Positions 25,483 to 41,119 of a stretch of 64,000 nucleotides of DNA are shown piece after piece. Each line of letters begins with the position of its first letter. Positions within the stretch are counted from its first letter, which is position 1. This DNA comes from Octopus bimaculoides (taxonomy: Eukaryota): contig NC_068991.1 in NCBI RefSeq assembly GCF_001194135.2, positions 44,465,317 to 44,529,316 of the forward strand. The letters run 5' to 3'. The translations under genes and the position numbers were made by a program. The notes beneath the pieces were generated by a model that worked only from the letters and a program-made list of their open reading frames with translations, did no database searches and was not told where the DNA came from.

Positions 25483-26881
25483 CTATTATTACCACTTTTC
25501 TTTATTAATTAATTAAATTAATGGCTTACTAGTGCAAACGACCAACTTCTTTCTGTTATTTTTCCTCCATTTTCTTCTTGCATATAATTTAAACTACGGT
25601 TTACCTGCTGCTGCATACCTTTTACCAAGGACTGTACCTATGCAGCTAATCACTAGGAGCGCCTTTGGATTATATATATATNNNNNNNNNNNNNNNNNNN
25701 NNNNNNNNNNNNNNNNNNNNNNNNNNNNNNNNNNNNNNNNNNNNNNNNNNNNNNNNNNNNNNNNNNNNNNNNNNNNNNNNNNNNNNNNNNNNNNNNNNNN
25801 NNNNNNNNNNNNNNNNNNNNNNNNNNNNNNNNNNNNNNNNNNNNNNNNNNNNNNNNNNNNNNNNNNNNNNNNNNNNNNNNNNNNNNNNNNNNNNNNNNNN
25901 NNNNNNNNNNNNNNNNNNNNNNNNNNNNNNNNNNNNNNNNNNNNNNNNNNNNNNNNNNNNNNNNNNNNNNNNNNNNNNNNNNNNNNNNNNNNNNNNNNNN
26001 NNNNNNNNNNNNNNNNNNNNNNNNNNNNNNNNNNNNNNNNNNNNNNNNNNNNNNNNNNNNNNNNNNNNNNNNNNNNNNNNNNNNNNNNNNNNNNNNNNNN
26101 NNNNNNNNNNNNNNNNNNNNNNNNNNNNNNNNNNNNNNNNNNNNNNNNNNNNNNNNNNNNNNNNNNNNNNNNNNNNNNNNNNNNNNNNNNNNNNNNNNNN
26201 NNNNNNNNNNNNNNNNNNNNNNNNNNNNNNNNNNNNNNNNNNNNNNNNNNNNNNNNNNNNNNNNNNNNNNNNNNNNNNNNNNNNNNNNNNNNNNNNNNNN
26301 NNNNNNNNNNNNNNNNNNNNNNNNNNNNNNNNNNNNNNNNNNTTGGAATTAAAACAAGATAGGCATTTACTCATTCTGAACTTAGCATTACATTAAGTAA
26401 CTACTACTATAAAAATGGTTTATAACATAGGCATAGGCCCAAGATTTAAAAAGGAAAGGAATATGACAAGCTCATGGTATTTTACAAGAGCATTATTGTA
26501 ATGTAATATAAAGGAAATGAAATAATGTCAGGAAGAAACTTAATTTATCTATTTTTTATTTTTTATTTCATATTGTATTTAAATTAATTATAGTATCATT
26601 TCCAAATGGGGTAATCACTGATTTATTGGGCAAGAGTAACAATGATGTCTTAATGAATTGTCCACTAGTCCAATAGGGATTAAACTGTAGTGCATTTCTT
26701 TTTTCCTGAATACTGCATTATGTGTAACATTGGAACATTTCTTCATGTTTTCAAAATTAGTGCTTAAGCATTTATATATCAACATTTGAAATATACAAAA
26801 AGGAATCATTAATTAGTGTGTGATCATAGTAGGATTATGGCAGTGAGATTATGTGCACATGCAACTATATAAACACACACA

Positions 26882-26919
<38 letters not shown>

Positions 26920-26942
26920 AAATCCTACAGATTGTGCTAAAG

Positions 26943-27216
26943 CAGTGGTTCCCAAAGTGGGCGGTATTGCTCCCCAGGGGTGGTGGAAAGTTCCAATGGG
27001 GCATTGAAGAAAAGTGGGGCGATAATGGGGTAGCAATTCGTGTAAAAACAACAAAATAATGGGTTCATTTGGTCAAGTTTTATTTGTGAAATACAGTTGC
27101 TTTGAATTTGCTTCAGAAAGAGGTCTATGTTTGTGATGGTTAATTGGGATGGAGGCACTAGGAATGTAGCCTGGGTGTTATGGGGGTTGCAACCTGCAAA
27201 AGTTTGGGAACCACTG
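26943..27216. mobile_element. hAT (Charlie-like) MITE, 274 bp
   Basis: TIR CAGTGGTTCCCAAA / TTTGGGAACCACTG; perfect 8-bp TSD TGCTAAAG (26935-26942, 27217-27224). Confidence 0.93.
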
Positions 27217-28060
27217 TGCTAAAGGGTTATGAAAAATTAATTTCTATTGTGGATATTGCTATAATTGTGCTATAAAGAGTTGGCTGTAAAACAAAGACCT
27301 GATTAGCCTTTGTTTATAATTTTTCATTTTTTAAATTAAATATTTGCAGTTATAAGATTGTATGATCAAGCACTTATATTAAAGCTATTCATCCAATTAC
27401 TTTCATGTGAGAATTAATCATCAAATGACACAATTTAACCTTACATGTACCAACATGTTAGTATATTCTCACCATGGCTTTACAGTTTCAAACATACCAC
27501 TGCAGGCTTTCAACCATCTCATCATAGCCAACCATTCCATCATCCCTTCAATTACTTTTAAATGCCTTTCGCTAAGACTAAGCTGCTTACATTACTCTTC
27601 TACTTGTTATAGAGATGGAGCAAAGTGAAGTCAATACTTTGTCTAAAACACAATTTTAAAACTTTTTAAAACTTTTAAACTTAATTTAACAGAGGTATAA
27701 TGCTTATTTTCTTAGCTATTGCAACTCCTACTGATAACAAAAAAGCTATGTATAATACTTTCTCTTTATCCACACTCATGTAAGTAGAATAAATATATAT
27801 CATTGTCTTCAATACAGCTTTAATCTACATTAGACATAGAAAAAAGATATTTAAAAGAAAGCAACCACTTAACAACTCGGTTTCTCCCAACAATAAATAG
27901 ATATCAACACTTATAGGCAAAGCAATCCATACTAAAATAAAAGAATACTTGAAAAAAAAATTTATTAAAATAATCCTAAAATAAATATTTTCCTTGAAAA
28001 AAGTGATCAAGATAATGAATTAAAAAGAAATTAACTTGTCATTTGCAAAATCATCATAGT

Positions 28061-28120
28061 GAAAAATGAAGTGCTGAAAAATGAAGTGCTGAAAAGTGAA
28101 ACACTGAAAAGTGGAGTGCT
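28061..28120. repeat. 15-bp tandem repeat x4 (GAAAAATGAAGTGCT and variants)
   Basis: Direct reading. Confidence 0.85.
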
Positions 28121-29889
28121 TATAGCATTTGTGGGAGGTGTGAAGAGAAATCAGACAAGGAAAAAGAAGTGCAAGAAAGAGAATTTCAATTGAACACATT
28201 AAGAGCTGGGAAAACAAGTTTATTCATTTCGTTACATGGATAGTGTAAGAGAATGTAGAATGTTTGGTAGAGCAGACTGAAAATTAATTCACTTTTTTTT
28301 TGCATTTGGAATTTTCTTTCTTTTTTTTTTTGTAATTTTTGCATTTTGTTGTTTTAGCTTTTATAATTTTTAAAATTTTTCATTTAATTAATTTTTTTGA
28401 GACTATTCTTCAATAGAGATTTTTTTGTCCCATCTTTTTATTTTTCTCTTCCCAAGAACTACTATATTTTTTAAAATCTCCATATACCCTTTTTAATTTC
28501 TAGAAAAATCTTAAAACACATGTTTAAGAGAATGAATGTATGGTGTGTGTGTTAGGATGGCTGGTGGTGGGGACAGATTTTGCTTGTTTGTTTGCTTTTG
28601 ATTTCTTTTTCTATATTTTGTTATGTAATTTTGTTTGTTTGGCAGAGAAGAGTAATATATTAAATAACTTAACTGTATCTTGAGAAAGAGTTTTTGTTGA
28701 CACTCATTACAAGAACAATTCAAGTTTTTATTAGTAAAAGAAAATGGAGTAAATAAAAGGTATATATATATATATTATATATATATATTAATCTTTTGCT
28801 GAAAATGTACAGGTAGTCATAAGCTGTAGTAATGCATGCATTTCTCAGTATGTTTTTTTGAAAAAAGACAGATAGAGATAGATAGAGAGAGAGACAGATA
28901 GATAGATAGATTGAGAGAGAGAGAGAAAGAAGGAGAGAGAGAGAGAGGGAGAGAGAGAGTTTTGTGCTGTCCCAAGCATAATGGTAGGAATAATAGTGCA
29001 GATAAACATTTAATATAACCGTTTCTACATTATTTATAGAATTCCACTCCAGTCAGTTTGGGCAATTGATATAAATGGCTAACTATGAAAAGAGAGTCAG
29101 TGTTAAAAAAATACAGACCGTATTCTTGGATGGTTTTATTTTTCTTAATTGTCTTTATAGTTTATTCCCACTTTTTTTTTCTCTTTGGCCATTAGCTTCC
29201 CTTTTTGTTATTTTGCTTTTTTAAAAATTTTGACGAATCAGTCGGTAGGTTGGATAAATACTGGCAGATTGAAAAAAAATGTTATCTAGCTAAAAACATG
29301 TCCTTGACATGTGATAAATTTGAACTCACCATTTTATTAAAAAGGGAATCTTGCATTGACCAAAATAAAGAAAAAAATACCAAAGTGAAAATTTTCAGTG
29401 AAAAATGTTCATCAGGCATTCAGTTGTCTGAAAGGGTCCATTTGTATTTCATGAGATTTTTTTTCTTACGAAATCTTCTCCTTTGATTACAGGAAAAGAA
29501 GAAAAAAAAAATTACAAAAAAATAAAAACGGTACAATATTTTTTCAAATACTTCTCTTTTTTTCATGAGATTAGCTAAGAATATATATATATATACCAAA
29601 CTTTCAACATCGTTTCGAACCTTAGCAAATGCAAAGTATATTTCTTTCCCTTATTTTTATGTAGATATATAAACATAAGCTCTCACACATTGATCAAACT
29701 GAGCGATAACCTCAATAACATAATATATAGCAACTGGCTAACAAAACTATCACGGGCCATATGCTATAATCATGTTTGTAGTTTAGAGTGTTTTGTTTGT
29801 TTGTATATGAACAAGTAGTCAAATTTCAACTTTTAGCTAGACATTAGTGAGCAATCAAGTGAACTTGAATAAGAGAGGGAGAGAGAGAA

Positions 29890-29950
<61 letters not shown>

Positions 29951-32900
29951 AACAACAACCATTCATTCAGAACAAATGCAATTCATATATATATATACAT
30001 TATATTCACCAGACATTATTGCATTAAAGCTGAAAAAGATGAAGAAATTTTTTGGGAAAAAACACTCCCACCCCAAAAAATCGCCTTTTTAATTTTTAAA
30101 AAGAATATAAATGAGAAAAATATTTGTACAAAGAATATTAAAAAACAAATCAACAAAAACACATGTTATAACAATTGATATAATGTTATTTTTGATTTAT
30201 AGTTGGTACTTAGTAGTAGTTATAATGTGTTGGTTCTAAATATTTAGTAGTGCCAGTCTGCATGTTAGTAAAAGCCACAAGACAAAACCCTCAAAAGAAT
30301 TCCTGAGTTATCTAAAGAATTTCATTAGGATTTGTATTTTCAAGCTCACATCATTTTAAGGAGACTAAAATCTGAAGAAAGATTCAAGTTTTACCCAATT
30401 TAAAATTATTCCAGTTGACCGTTTATGACCATGCTGGCCTATATGAATTTCTTTCTGGCCAATTGAAAAGAGGGCAACTAACTTCTTTGAAGAAGAGTTG
30501 AAGAGTTTGATACAAAAATGATATCCTTATCTTCCCCTTTGTAAAATCCATAATACAACCTTAAATATAATATTAGTACTTATGACAAAATTTGAACAAC
30601 TTTTAGGCTATTTTTTTAAATAGTAAAGTGTAAACATAAAAAGTTACAAGGGTAAAAGTTATTTTCTTTTCTTCGGCTCTTGGCATCAGAATTCTTTCCA
30701 AAGGGAAATATGTTATTCTTTTATGTTAACTTCCTCAAAGGAAGTTCAGTTTACAGTAAAAAAGAGAAAAAAAAAGAAAAGAAAAACTTAAATGTGAGAC
30801 AAGATCAAGAAAGAAAGAAGATTCTGTTAAGACTCATTTGTACTTTCAAAGTAATAACTTACAGTGAGGTACAACTGGTTAATTAAGTGTACTAGGAAAT
30901 TTTGCTGAGAAACCTAAACCCACTGTTCTTGTCTTCTTGGCTTTTACTTCATAGCAGTTGGCAGTGTAATAAAATGAAAGAAGAATATGATACTGTAGAT
31001 TGAAAGCCATATATAGTATTTATATAATAAGATAAAGTTAAAACGAATATTTATAGTTTTTTGCTTGTTTGTTTTTTGTTTGTGTCAAATTGTTTAGAAA
31101 GTTACCAAAGTTTTAGAGTTCTGTTAGCTTAGGTTTTCTTCTAAACTCCAATGTCTTGAATGGCAAGAACATAAATTTAACCAGCTGACCATTCTATTTA
31201 TATGTGCGTTCATTAGCTTCTTCATTCAAATGGTCATATACATCAGCTGCTTCAGTGGTGGTTTTCAAAAAAAACATTGGACTCATATTTCTACTGCTGT
31301 CATATCTGATTTAGATTGAATGGCACCAAGATTTTCATAGAATAAAGGTAGGTATTAGGTGGATAAAAAGGAAATCTAAAGCAAATTAGGACAAAACCAT
31401 TTTAGTAATCCAGAAATAAAACTTTCTATCCATACACTTTTGAGTATTACATTGCATAACTGATATATCTTACAAACTTACTTAAAGTAAAAAGACTTCA
31501 GATAATTTGAAAAGAAATCAACAGCATATTAAAAAAAAATTGAACGAAGTCTATATAATATTTTAAAAGAATATGTCTTTTTCTGTACAGATACAGAACA
31601 TCAAATAAAATATTCTGGAACTGCACAGAATTCAAGGGTCACATTATCTGTCACATGGGCTAAAATATTAAAAAAGTGTTGTTAAACAGTTTTTTATTAG
31701 TAATAAATATGCATTAAATGCAGCAAAAGGTATGGCTAAACAAGCAATAGCATAAGCTAGAGATTTCTAAGCAAAGATTTTGCTGACATCATTTAGTTAA
31801 TGTTGATCTTGAGTAGAGTTGTTCTTTTGCAACTAATTTATATTAAATTTACTTTATTATTGAAATAGATAATAATCTAAAAGGTTCAAGTTTATCTACA
31901 CAATATATATATATATATATATATATANNNNNNNNNNNNNNNNNNNNNNNNNNNNNNNNNNNNNNNNNNNNNNNNNNNNNNNNNNNNNNNNNNNNNNNNN
32001 NNNNNNNNNNNNNNNNNNNNNNNNNNNNNNNNNNNNNNNNNNNNNNNNNNNNNNNNNNNNNNNNNNNNNNNNNNNNNNNNNNNNNNNNNNNNNNNNNNNN
32101 NNNNNNNNNTATACACACACACACATACATACACTATATTTTATTCTTAAATATCTAATAACAGTTCATAGTTAAATTTGAATAAATGCTTCTTTTTTTT
32201 AAACTGTATAAATAAGTTGTCTTCTAGCACTGTTATTTTGAATTCAGATTTGCAGTTCTTTATGCAAAAGTATTTGGTAAACGATACATTTAGACACTTT
32301 TAGATTGAGTAATGAATAATATCATAGGGATATCTATTTTCCAATAAGTATTTTCCTAACTTTAAGACAAAATACCTGCATTCATCATCAATTATACGTC
32401 AGGTACTGACAATATATACTACTTAAATATATATGAATTTATGTTAGTGTATGTATTGTATATATATATATGTATGCATATATATATATATGTATATATT
32501 TTATACACACACACACATGCACACATCCATATAAACACAAATTTGTATTATCTATACATGTGTTTTATTGACTATGCAATTTCAGAAATATATTTCTTTT
32601 ACACACATCATACTAAGTAGATGTTACAAGTGCTTGCTCCTCCATTCTCTTGAAAATATACTGTGATCAGTCCTTTACTATTTTATGCCCTTTCATCATT
32701 AAATTTTTTTACTAAATACATTACAATTGATACATTCAAAACATGAGATATCAATTTTATTTTGGTATGAAACCAATACTTATTTTATTGACAGTATAGA
32801 CAGAATGTACAGTTCATCTTAGGAGATGAGCTAAGGTATATTAGCTATCAAGCCACATTCTGTGAAAATTCTAGCCTGATTTTCTATTGTTTGCATCAAC

Positions 32901-33572
32901 AATAATACTAATAAAAATGGTTTTGTAACTTAGACACAAAACCAGACATGTTTTTGGAAAGTGTACTCAATTAGATTGATCCCAAAACTTGACTGGCTTA
33001 ACTTTATTCACCCTGGAATAACAAACTTTAAAGTTGAGATTTAAGCTTAGAACATGAACTAAACACCGCATGACATTTTGTTCATCAGCCTAGCAATAGT
33101 AAGTTATATTATCATCTAATTATCTAGTATAATAAATAAACACATTAGTCCATAATAAACAAAATTTACTTGTTATTTTAGAAGTCATTTGATAAATATG
33201 TTCCACTCACACACACATATATATATTATTCATTTATAATAAAACATGTTATAATTTGGTTTGTATAAAGAACTGCAAAAGTATGTTGAAAATTCTACTG
33301 AAGAAAGAAACAGGTGCCATGTTATCAGATATGTCTCAGATAGGCAAGAATACGCATATCATCTTAAGCAATGTTTTGTTTTTATTTAGAGTAGACGAAT
33401 CCTATCTGGCTATTTCAGAATGTATACTTTACATATTATGGGACATACTTTATTGCAGCGTTATTCTAAAATATAACACTGGTTAGAAATAAACAAAGAA
33501 CTTAAATAATGGTAGAAAACAAAGTGTTTGAAATATCATTATTATTATCATCATCATTACTATTATTATTGC

Positions 33573-33639
<67 letters not shown>

Positions 33640-35597
33640 ACTGTTATGATTTACTGTAATATATATCCAAAAGAATTAATAATATTCAGTCATGTCATTT
33701 CATATTTCACATTATTTGCAGTATATATGGATAAAAGATTATTACAAAATATAATAATCTATCTNNNNNNNNNNNNNNNNNNNNNNNNNNNNNNNNNNNN
33801 NNNNNNNNNNNNNNNNNNNNNNNNNNNNNNNNNNNNNNNNNNNNNNNNNNNNNNNNNNNNNNNNNNNNNNNNNNNNNNNNNNNNNNNNNNNNNNNNNNNN
33901 NNNNNNNNNNNNNNNNNNNNNNNNNNNNNNNNNNNNNNNNNNNNNNNNNNNNNNNNNNNNNNNNNNNNNNNNNNNNNNNNNNNNNNNNNNNNNNNNNNNN
34001 NNNNNNNNNNNNNNNNNNNNNNNNNNNNNNNNNNNNNNNNNNNNNNNNNNNNNNNNNNNNNNNNNNNNNNNNNNNNNNNNNNNNNNNNNNNNNNNNNNNN
34101 NNNNNNNNNNNNNNNNNNNNNNNNNNNNNNNNNNNNNNNNNNNNNNNNNNNNNNNNNNNNNNNNNNNNNNNNNNNNNNNNNNNNNNNNNNNNNNNNNNNN
34201 NNNNNNNNNNNNNNNNNNNNNNNNNNNNNNNNNNNNNNNNNNNNNNNNNNNNNNNNNNNNNNNNNNNNNNNNNNNNNNNNNNNNNNNNNNNNNNNNNNNN
34301 NNNNNNNNNNNNNNNNNNNNNNNNNNNNNNNNNNNNNNNNNNNNNNNNNNNNNNNNNNNNNNNNNNNNNNNNNNNNNNNNNNNNNNNNNNNNNNNNNNNN
34401 NNNNNNNNNNNNNNNNNNNNNNNNNNNNNNNNNNNNNNATATATATATATATATATATATACATACATATATACACATACATATATATGCATAATTGTAT
34501 GGTTATGTATAGACATAAAATCACAAATTTGCACTTTTATATATCTTTACACATATATGCATTTATATACACAGATATGTATGCTAAATACAGCAAGATA
34601 TATCATATATATGTGTGTGTATAGATATACATGTATATATGCATATACATGCATATATATACACATACACTTATGCATGTGTGTGTATGCAGGTATGTGT
34701 GCATGTATATATACACATACAAATGTATAATACATTTACAATTTGTAATATTCAAATGAGCAGATATCATACATTGGTACCATAAGACACAGAGTGAATC
34801 CTAAAGTCTTAGTACTCCAGACAAAATCATATCTAATATGGTAATAATCTCTGAAGCAGCTCTAATTGTTCATTTATCAAATTCTAAATATAGTGTTATC
34901 CAAGCTATTCAATTACTTATGACTTGACAAGTAAATTTAAGTATTTGTATAATCAATGGCCTTAGTTATCTTAGGCAATCAAATGTCTAATTAGAAAAAA
35001 ATTATATGAGACCAGTATAAGCACCAATCTGAGGCAGAAAGGAGCAACAGGTTCATTAATGGGAATCAATCCATATTTCTTAAACTTGAAATTTTACAAC
35101 AGAATGCCTGCCAATCCATTTCCTCAAATAAGACACCAAAACTTTCATGCTAATTCATTTCAACAAGCTAACTTGTCAGCAATGAAATGCTAACAGGACA
35201 GACTAACATTTGTGGCCAATTCCCAACAAGAAATAGTAATAACTGTATATTGTATGATAGTAAAACTAGATAAAGATTTATTTAACTCCTAATAGTAGTA
35301 ATTTTGTAGTTTGAATTTACAATAATTTACTTCAGGTTAATTGTTGTAGCCTATTAATCTAAGTAGATTCAGAGAAAAAGTATTTAGTTTAAAAGAGTTA
35401 GTCCATGTTAGTTGATTTAAGTTAAGCAGCAAGAATCTTTAGAGATAGTTATTTAATGAAATACACTTACTTTTTGTTTGTCAAGGAGGACGTGTGTGTA
35501 CTTTATTACTTTATTTTATGTTGATTAATTTATTTTTGATGAATTTTTTTACAATTATTTGGAATATGGAAAATATGTTTCAGATATAAAAAAAAAG

Positions 35598-35726
<129 letters not shown>

Positions 35727-36599
35727 AATAACTCAAACTGTTAAAATAGATAATAATTTTCTTTTGAGAGGAATATTTTCATTAGACTAGCTGCTCCACT
35801 AAAATTTTCTACCTAAGACTTGGGTCAACATTGATGATATCAGTTGTATGTTTCCATACATTCATTTTTTTGCAAAGGAAAGATTAAATTTGTACCAATG
35901 ACAATAGATATGTTAAATTACATATTACATGAAAAGTGAAGGAAGGAGTATTCTGAAATGAAATGATACTTTCTGATTACCTGAGCAGATGATAGAAGTT
36001 AGTGGTGGTGGTGTTTGTGGATTGTGGTGGAGAAAGATTAATAGAGAAAAATGCATAGCTTTTATACAGCAGGTTGGTGAGCTGCACTTTTGAATCTGAA
36101 TTCAACAAGTGACAGTTGATTTATGAATGTGAAGCTAAAACTAACTGTTTAAGTGTTCTCACAAACTTTCAAGATTATTGAACATTAAAATATGCAATCA
36201 TTTAAACTGCAAGATACCTGTGTATGTGCATGCATGTGTATGTGTAAGTCTATAGGTGGATGGTGGAAGTATGTATGAGAAGCTGTGGGTATGTGTGCAT
36301 GAGCATGTACAGACACATACACAAACTTTCATCAACACATACATACAGACAAACATTATATGCAAACAAAAACACATATTCATATATACATATATATATG
36401 TATGCATGCTATGTGTGTGTGTGTGTATGAATATATATATATTATGTATATATATAATTGCGTGTTTGTACATATATATATATATATATATATATACATA
36501 CAGACACACACATATATACACACATTTATGTATAACATAATATATATACATTTGTATCTATCTATCTATATGTATATATACATGTATATATGAATATAC

Positions 36600-36643
<44 letters not shown>

Positions 36644-36883
36644 TTAATAATGATAAGAAGAACAGAGAACATTGTGGTTAGCCGGCATATGAAACCGATT
36701 GAAGATGAAATACGGTAACCACCAGGATTATATAGCCCTTTAAATGCATATATATATNNNNNNNNNNNNNNNNNNNNNNNNNNNNNNNNNNNNNNNNNNN
36801 NNNNNNNNNNNNNNNNNNNNNNNNNNNNNNNNNNNNNNNNNNNNNNNNNNNNNNNNNNNNNNNNNNNNNNNNNNNNNNNNNNN

Positions 36884-36936
<53 letters not shown>

Positions 36937-37484
36937 TTATAGATATACATTGTGTGCACACACGTGTACATATATATATATGTACGTATATGTATTTATA
37001 TATAATTATATATATGTGTGTGTGTGTGTATACAGAGAGAAAGAAAGAGAGAGAGAGAGAGTTGTATTGTTGTATTTAAACCAACAACAATTTATGGCTA
37101 GCATAACTGGTAATATTCCTTGCAATAAACATTGCTCTATATTAATTATCTATCTTAATTACATAATAATAGAATTAATCATGTTTATTTCATATGAAAC
37201 AGGATTTAAAAGTAATTTAACTATGATCTATCTCTCAGTGAAATTTATGGTTTTCTACTTTATATTCTAAGAAAACATTGCCCTTGAGGATTATTTTAGC
37301 TGATGATGTATGTACTTGAAGCTTTTTCAACTGGAATTATGTGTATTATTGATAACATTATTATATTAATGCATTTAAATATATGCGTATACATATAAAT
37401 ATAGTTATGTATATGTAGCCATGTATAAGTGTATTGATATATATGTAGCCTGTATAAATATTATTTATACATACATACATACAT

Positions 37485-37549
<65 letters not shown>

Positions 37550-38626
37550 NNNNNNNNNNNNNNNNNNNNNNNNNNNNNNNNNNNNNNNNNNNNNNNNNNN
37601 NNNNNNNNNNNNNNNNNNNNNNNNNNNNNNNNNNNNNNNNNNNNNNNNNNNNNNNNNNNNNNNNNNNNNNNNNNNNNNNNNNNNNNNNNNNNNNNNNNNN
37701 NNNNNNNNNNNNNNNNNNNNNNNNNNNNNNNNNNNNNNNNNNNNNNNNNNNNNNNNNNNNNNNNNNNNNNNNNNNNNNNNNNNNNNNNNNNNNNNNNNNN
37801 NNNNNNNNNNNNNNNNNNNNNNNNNNNNNNNNNNNNNNNNNNNNNNNNNNNNNNNNNNNNNNNNNNNNNNNNNNNNNNNNNNNNNNNNNNNNNNNNNNNN
37901 NNNNNNNNNNNNNNNNNNNNNNNNNNNNNNNNNNNNNNNNNNNNNNNNNNNNNNNNNNNNNNNNNNNNNNNNNNNNNNNNNNNNNNNNNNNNNNNNNNNN
38001 NNNNNNNNNNNNNNNNNNNNNNNNNNNNNNNNNNNNNNNNNNNNNNNNNNNNNNNNNNNNNNNNNNNNNNNNNNNNNNNNNNNNNNNNNNNNNNNNNNNN
38101 NNNNNNNNNNNNNNNNNNNNNNNNNNNNNNNNNNNNNNNNNNNNNNNNNNNNNNNNNNNNNNNNNNNNNNNNNNNNNNNNNNNNNNNNNNNNNNNNNNNN
38201 NNNNNNNNNNNNNNNNNNNNNNNNNNNNNNNNNNNNNNNNNNNNNNNNNNNNNNNATATGTATATACATATACATATACATATTATATATATACATATAT
38301 GTATGTGTATATATATACACACACACACACAAATGCATATGTATATACATATACATATACATATTATATATATACATATATGTATGTGTATATATATACA
38401 CACACACACACACATATGCATATGAACATATGTATACATATATATAATTTTTTAATAATTTCAATAAAGTTTTTAATGAAATATATAACAAAAATTAAGA
38501 ATATTAGCTATGTTTGTTGCAGATGGCTAAATCCAAATCTCCTTTCAGCAACTCTGTATGTAAAATATTTCCTATATTTTCAGGGATATTCAGCAATACT
38601 TTTTTGTAAACCACCAGTGTTAGCAG

Positions 38627-38652
38627 TGATAGATAGATAGACAGAAAGTTAG

Positions 38653-38729
<77 letters not shown>

Positions 38730-38748
38730 GATAGACAGATAGATAGAT
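38627..38748. repeat. (GATA)n microsatellite
   Basis: Direct reading. Confidence 0.95.
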
Positions 38749-40224
38749 AATGATATTAATATTTAGTTAAATAGAGAAAGTTGGAAAAATGCTGCAATTA
38801 CAATGTTTTTTAACGATTTGTCTTGAATACTTGTTCTGGGTATTTGTGTATGTTTATGAACACACACGCACACACACACATCTGTAATATCTGTGCATAT
38901 GTGTTTTTGTGTGTAGTTCAAGCAAAGAAAAGAAAACTAAAAACAGTCATTGTCAACACAGCTGCCTTTGTCTAACCTTTTCCCAACATATATGAAGGTT
39001 ATTTATTTCTTTGGCAGCAATATCAATAATAAAAATAACATTTAAAAACAATTAAAAAAACAAAGAAGCAAACAAACAGTAATTAGGCACGCATAAACAT
39101 ACACCACTTATTGTTTTAAAATCATTTAAAAAATAACTAGCAGAAAGTTGATGAACAATTAAATATGGAAAGATAATGAGAAAGGGAGGGATAGAGAAAA
39201 CACATGTCAGGTATTAAATTGATTGCAAGTTTAAGTTTAAAAATAGGTAACTGTTTCCTAGAGATATCTTTTACTGCAAGTAGCATGCACTGTGATCATC
39301 ATTGCTGTCATTATCAGTTTCATGTGGTGTTTGTACATTGCTGATATTAGTATGTAGCAGACATGTATACAATGGTTTACATAGTAAACCATTTAATTGT
39401 ATTTTTTAATAATCTTTTATGTACAATTATTTAATGCAGGCATGAATTTTATTTAATATAATCAAATACCTAAACATATACATGCACACAAGTATATGAA
39501 TGCACACAGACACACACAAAATCATGTATTTATAGTGACACACACAAATTTGTAGGAAAAGACTTAGTATTTGTTTCATATAAACCCATGTATGTTTGTA
39601 CATGAGAGTGTGTACCCAGACACACAAACACACACATACACACGCAAACACACAGAGATATTGATGCACATATTCGTGTATATGTACTGAGGCATACGCG
39701 TAGCTTTGAATAAATGCTGGGGTGCATAGGTTAATTTTCTTTTGCTCTCTTTCTCCCTCCACACACACTTTTTACACACATATAATTATACAAATACAAT
39801 TATATATGTGTGTGTGTATATATATATCATTATATATATATAAATGCATATATACACATAGATATACATAATTGTACATATATAATATAAGTATATATAT
39901 GTATGTATATATGTAGACACATACTTATTCATACACACATACATATATATACATATAGTACATGTGTGTTGTGGTTAATGTGCATAAACATTAAATTACT
40001 CAATACAATATATGGAAAAATGTGTAGAATTTGTTAAATCTGCTTATGTAGATAACAGGATTCAAATTCTAACCCCCCACACACACATATATGCAAAGGC
40101 ACACACACATGTATGCATACATCTACATTCATATAAGCATATAAGCAACATGTATATATAATATATATGCATACATATCTATAGACACACACACATACAC
40201 ACAGATATATATATACTCATACAC

Positions 40225-40289
<65 letters not shown>

Positions 40290-40816
40290 AATATACACAT
40301 ACATATATATATGCTTATATGCAAATATATACACGTGTGTGTATATACATATATATGGATGGATGTATGTACATCCTATATATATATATGATCACACTCA
40401 TATGCATGCATATATACTTTTGAAATGTATGTATCTATACACAAACATTAGTCCCAGAAGTGAATGAAGTGCTGTAGGTATTTCTTTTTTTAACATAAAG
40501 AAATATGCACAAGAAAACAAAACCACTGAAAAACACAGCAGTGTGTTTGTGTGCTGATACAAAGATATAGTAGAATACTTAGTTATGTCATTTATCCTTC
40601 CTCTCTTAGATCTATATTTTGGAATTTGTGTGTGTAAAAGTAACATTGCCATCAGAACAACAGCATCAATTAACTGCAGAACATCTTACAGGTTATTTCA
40701 CTACTTTGGATAAACATCCAATAACATGTTTATTTCTTCTTTATGCTTATCTTTTTCTCTACATTCCAATGTATCTTATAATTGTCATAATTTTTACATA
40801 TAATAATAATAATAAC

Positions 40817-40872
<56 letters not shown>

Positions 40873-41119
40873 TTCCTATTATAGGTACAAGACCTCAATT
40901 TTTTTTTTTTTGAGGTGATATAAATTATATCAATCCTACAATTTGAATGGTACAAATTTGACATCACCCAACAGGGATGAATGGGAACATTGACTTTGGC
41001 AGGATTTGAGCTCAAAACCTAAAGAAACACAGCTAAATGCTGCTGGGCATTTTGTTTGACCAATTCTACCTTCTACTGCAATAACAATAATAATAAAAAA
41101 TTAAAAAATCTCTCTAATT

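Larger units (their letters stand above)
24936..25586. mobile_element. Foldback element with ~260-290-bp inverted arms (probable inverted Penelope-like pseudo-LTR pair)
   Basis: 24936-25205 is the reverse complement of 25329-25586 (~17 substitutions, one 12-bp indel). Degenerate pairing extends to about 25227/25307. TA-rich flanks on both sides. Confidence 0.9.

Noticed and set aside
20577-28120. Short tandem arrays as CRISPR-like repeats
   Set aside because: No spacers, eukaryotic context and no cas genes.
28646-28760. Plus-strand exon-like block (ttggcag ... aag|gtatat)
   Set aside because: Weak donor, stops in all frames and no partner exons.
36660-36745. CpG-containing segment with GAAACCGATT, resembling a hammerhead stem III
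   Set aside because: No CUGANGA core upstream. It is probably a repeat end truncated by the gap.
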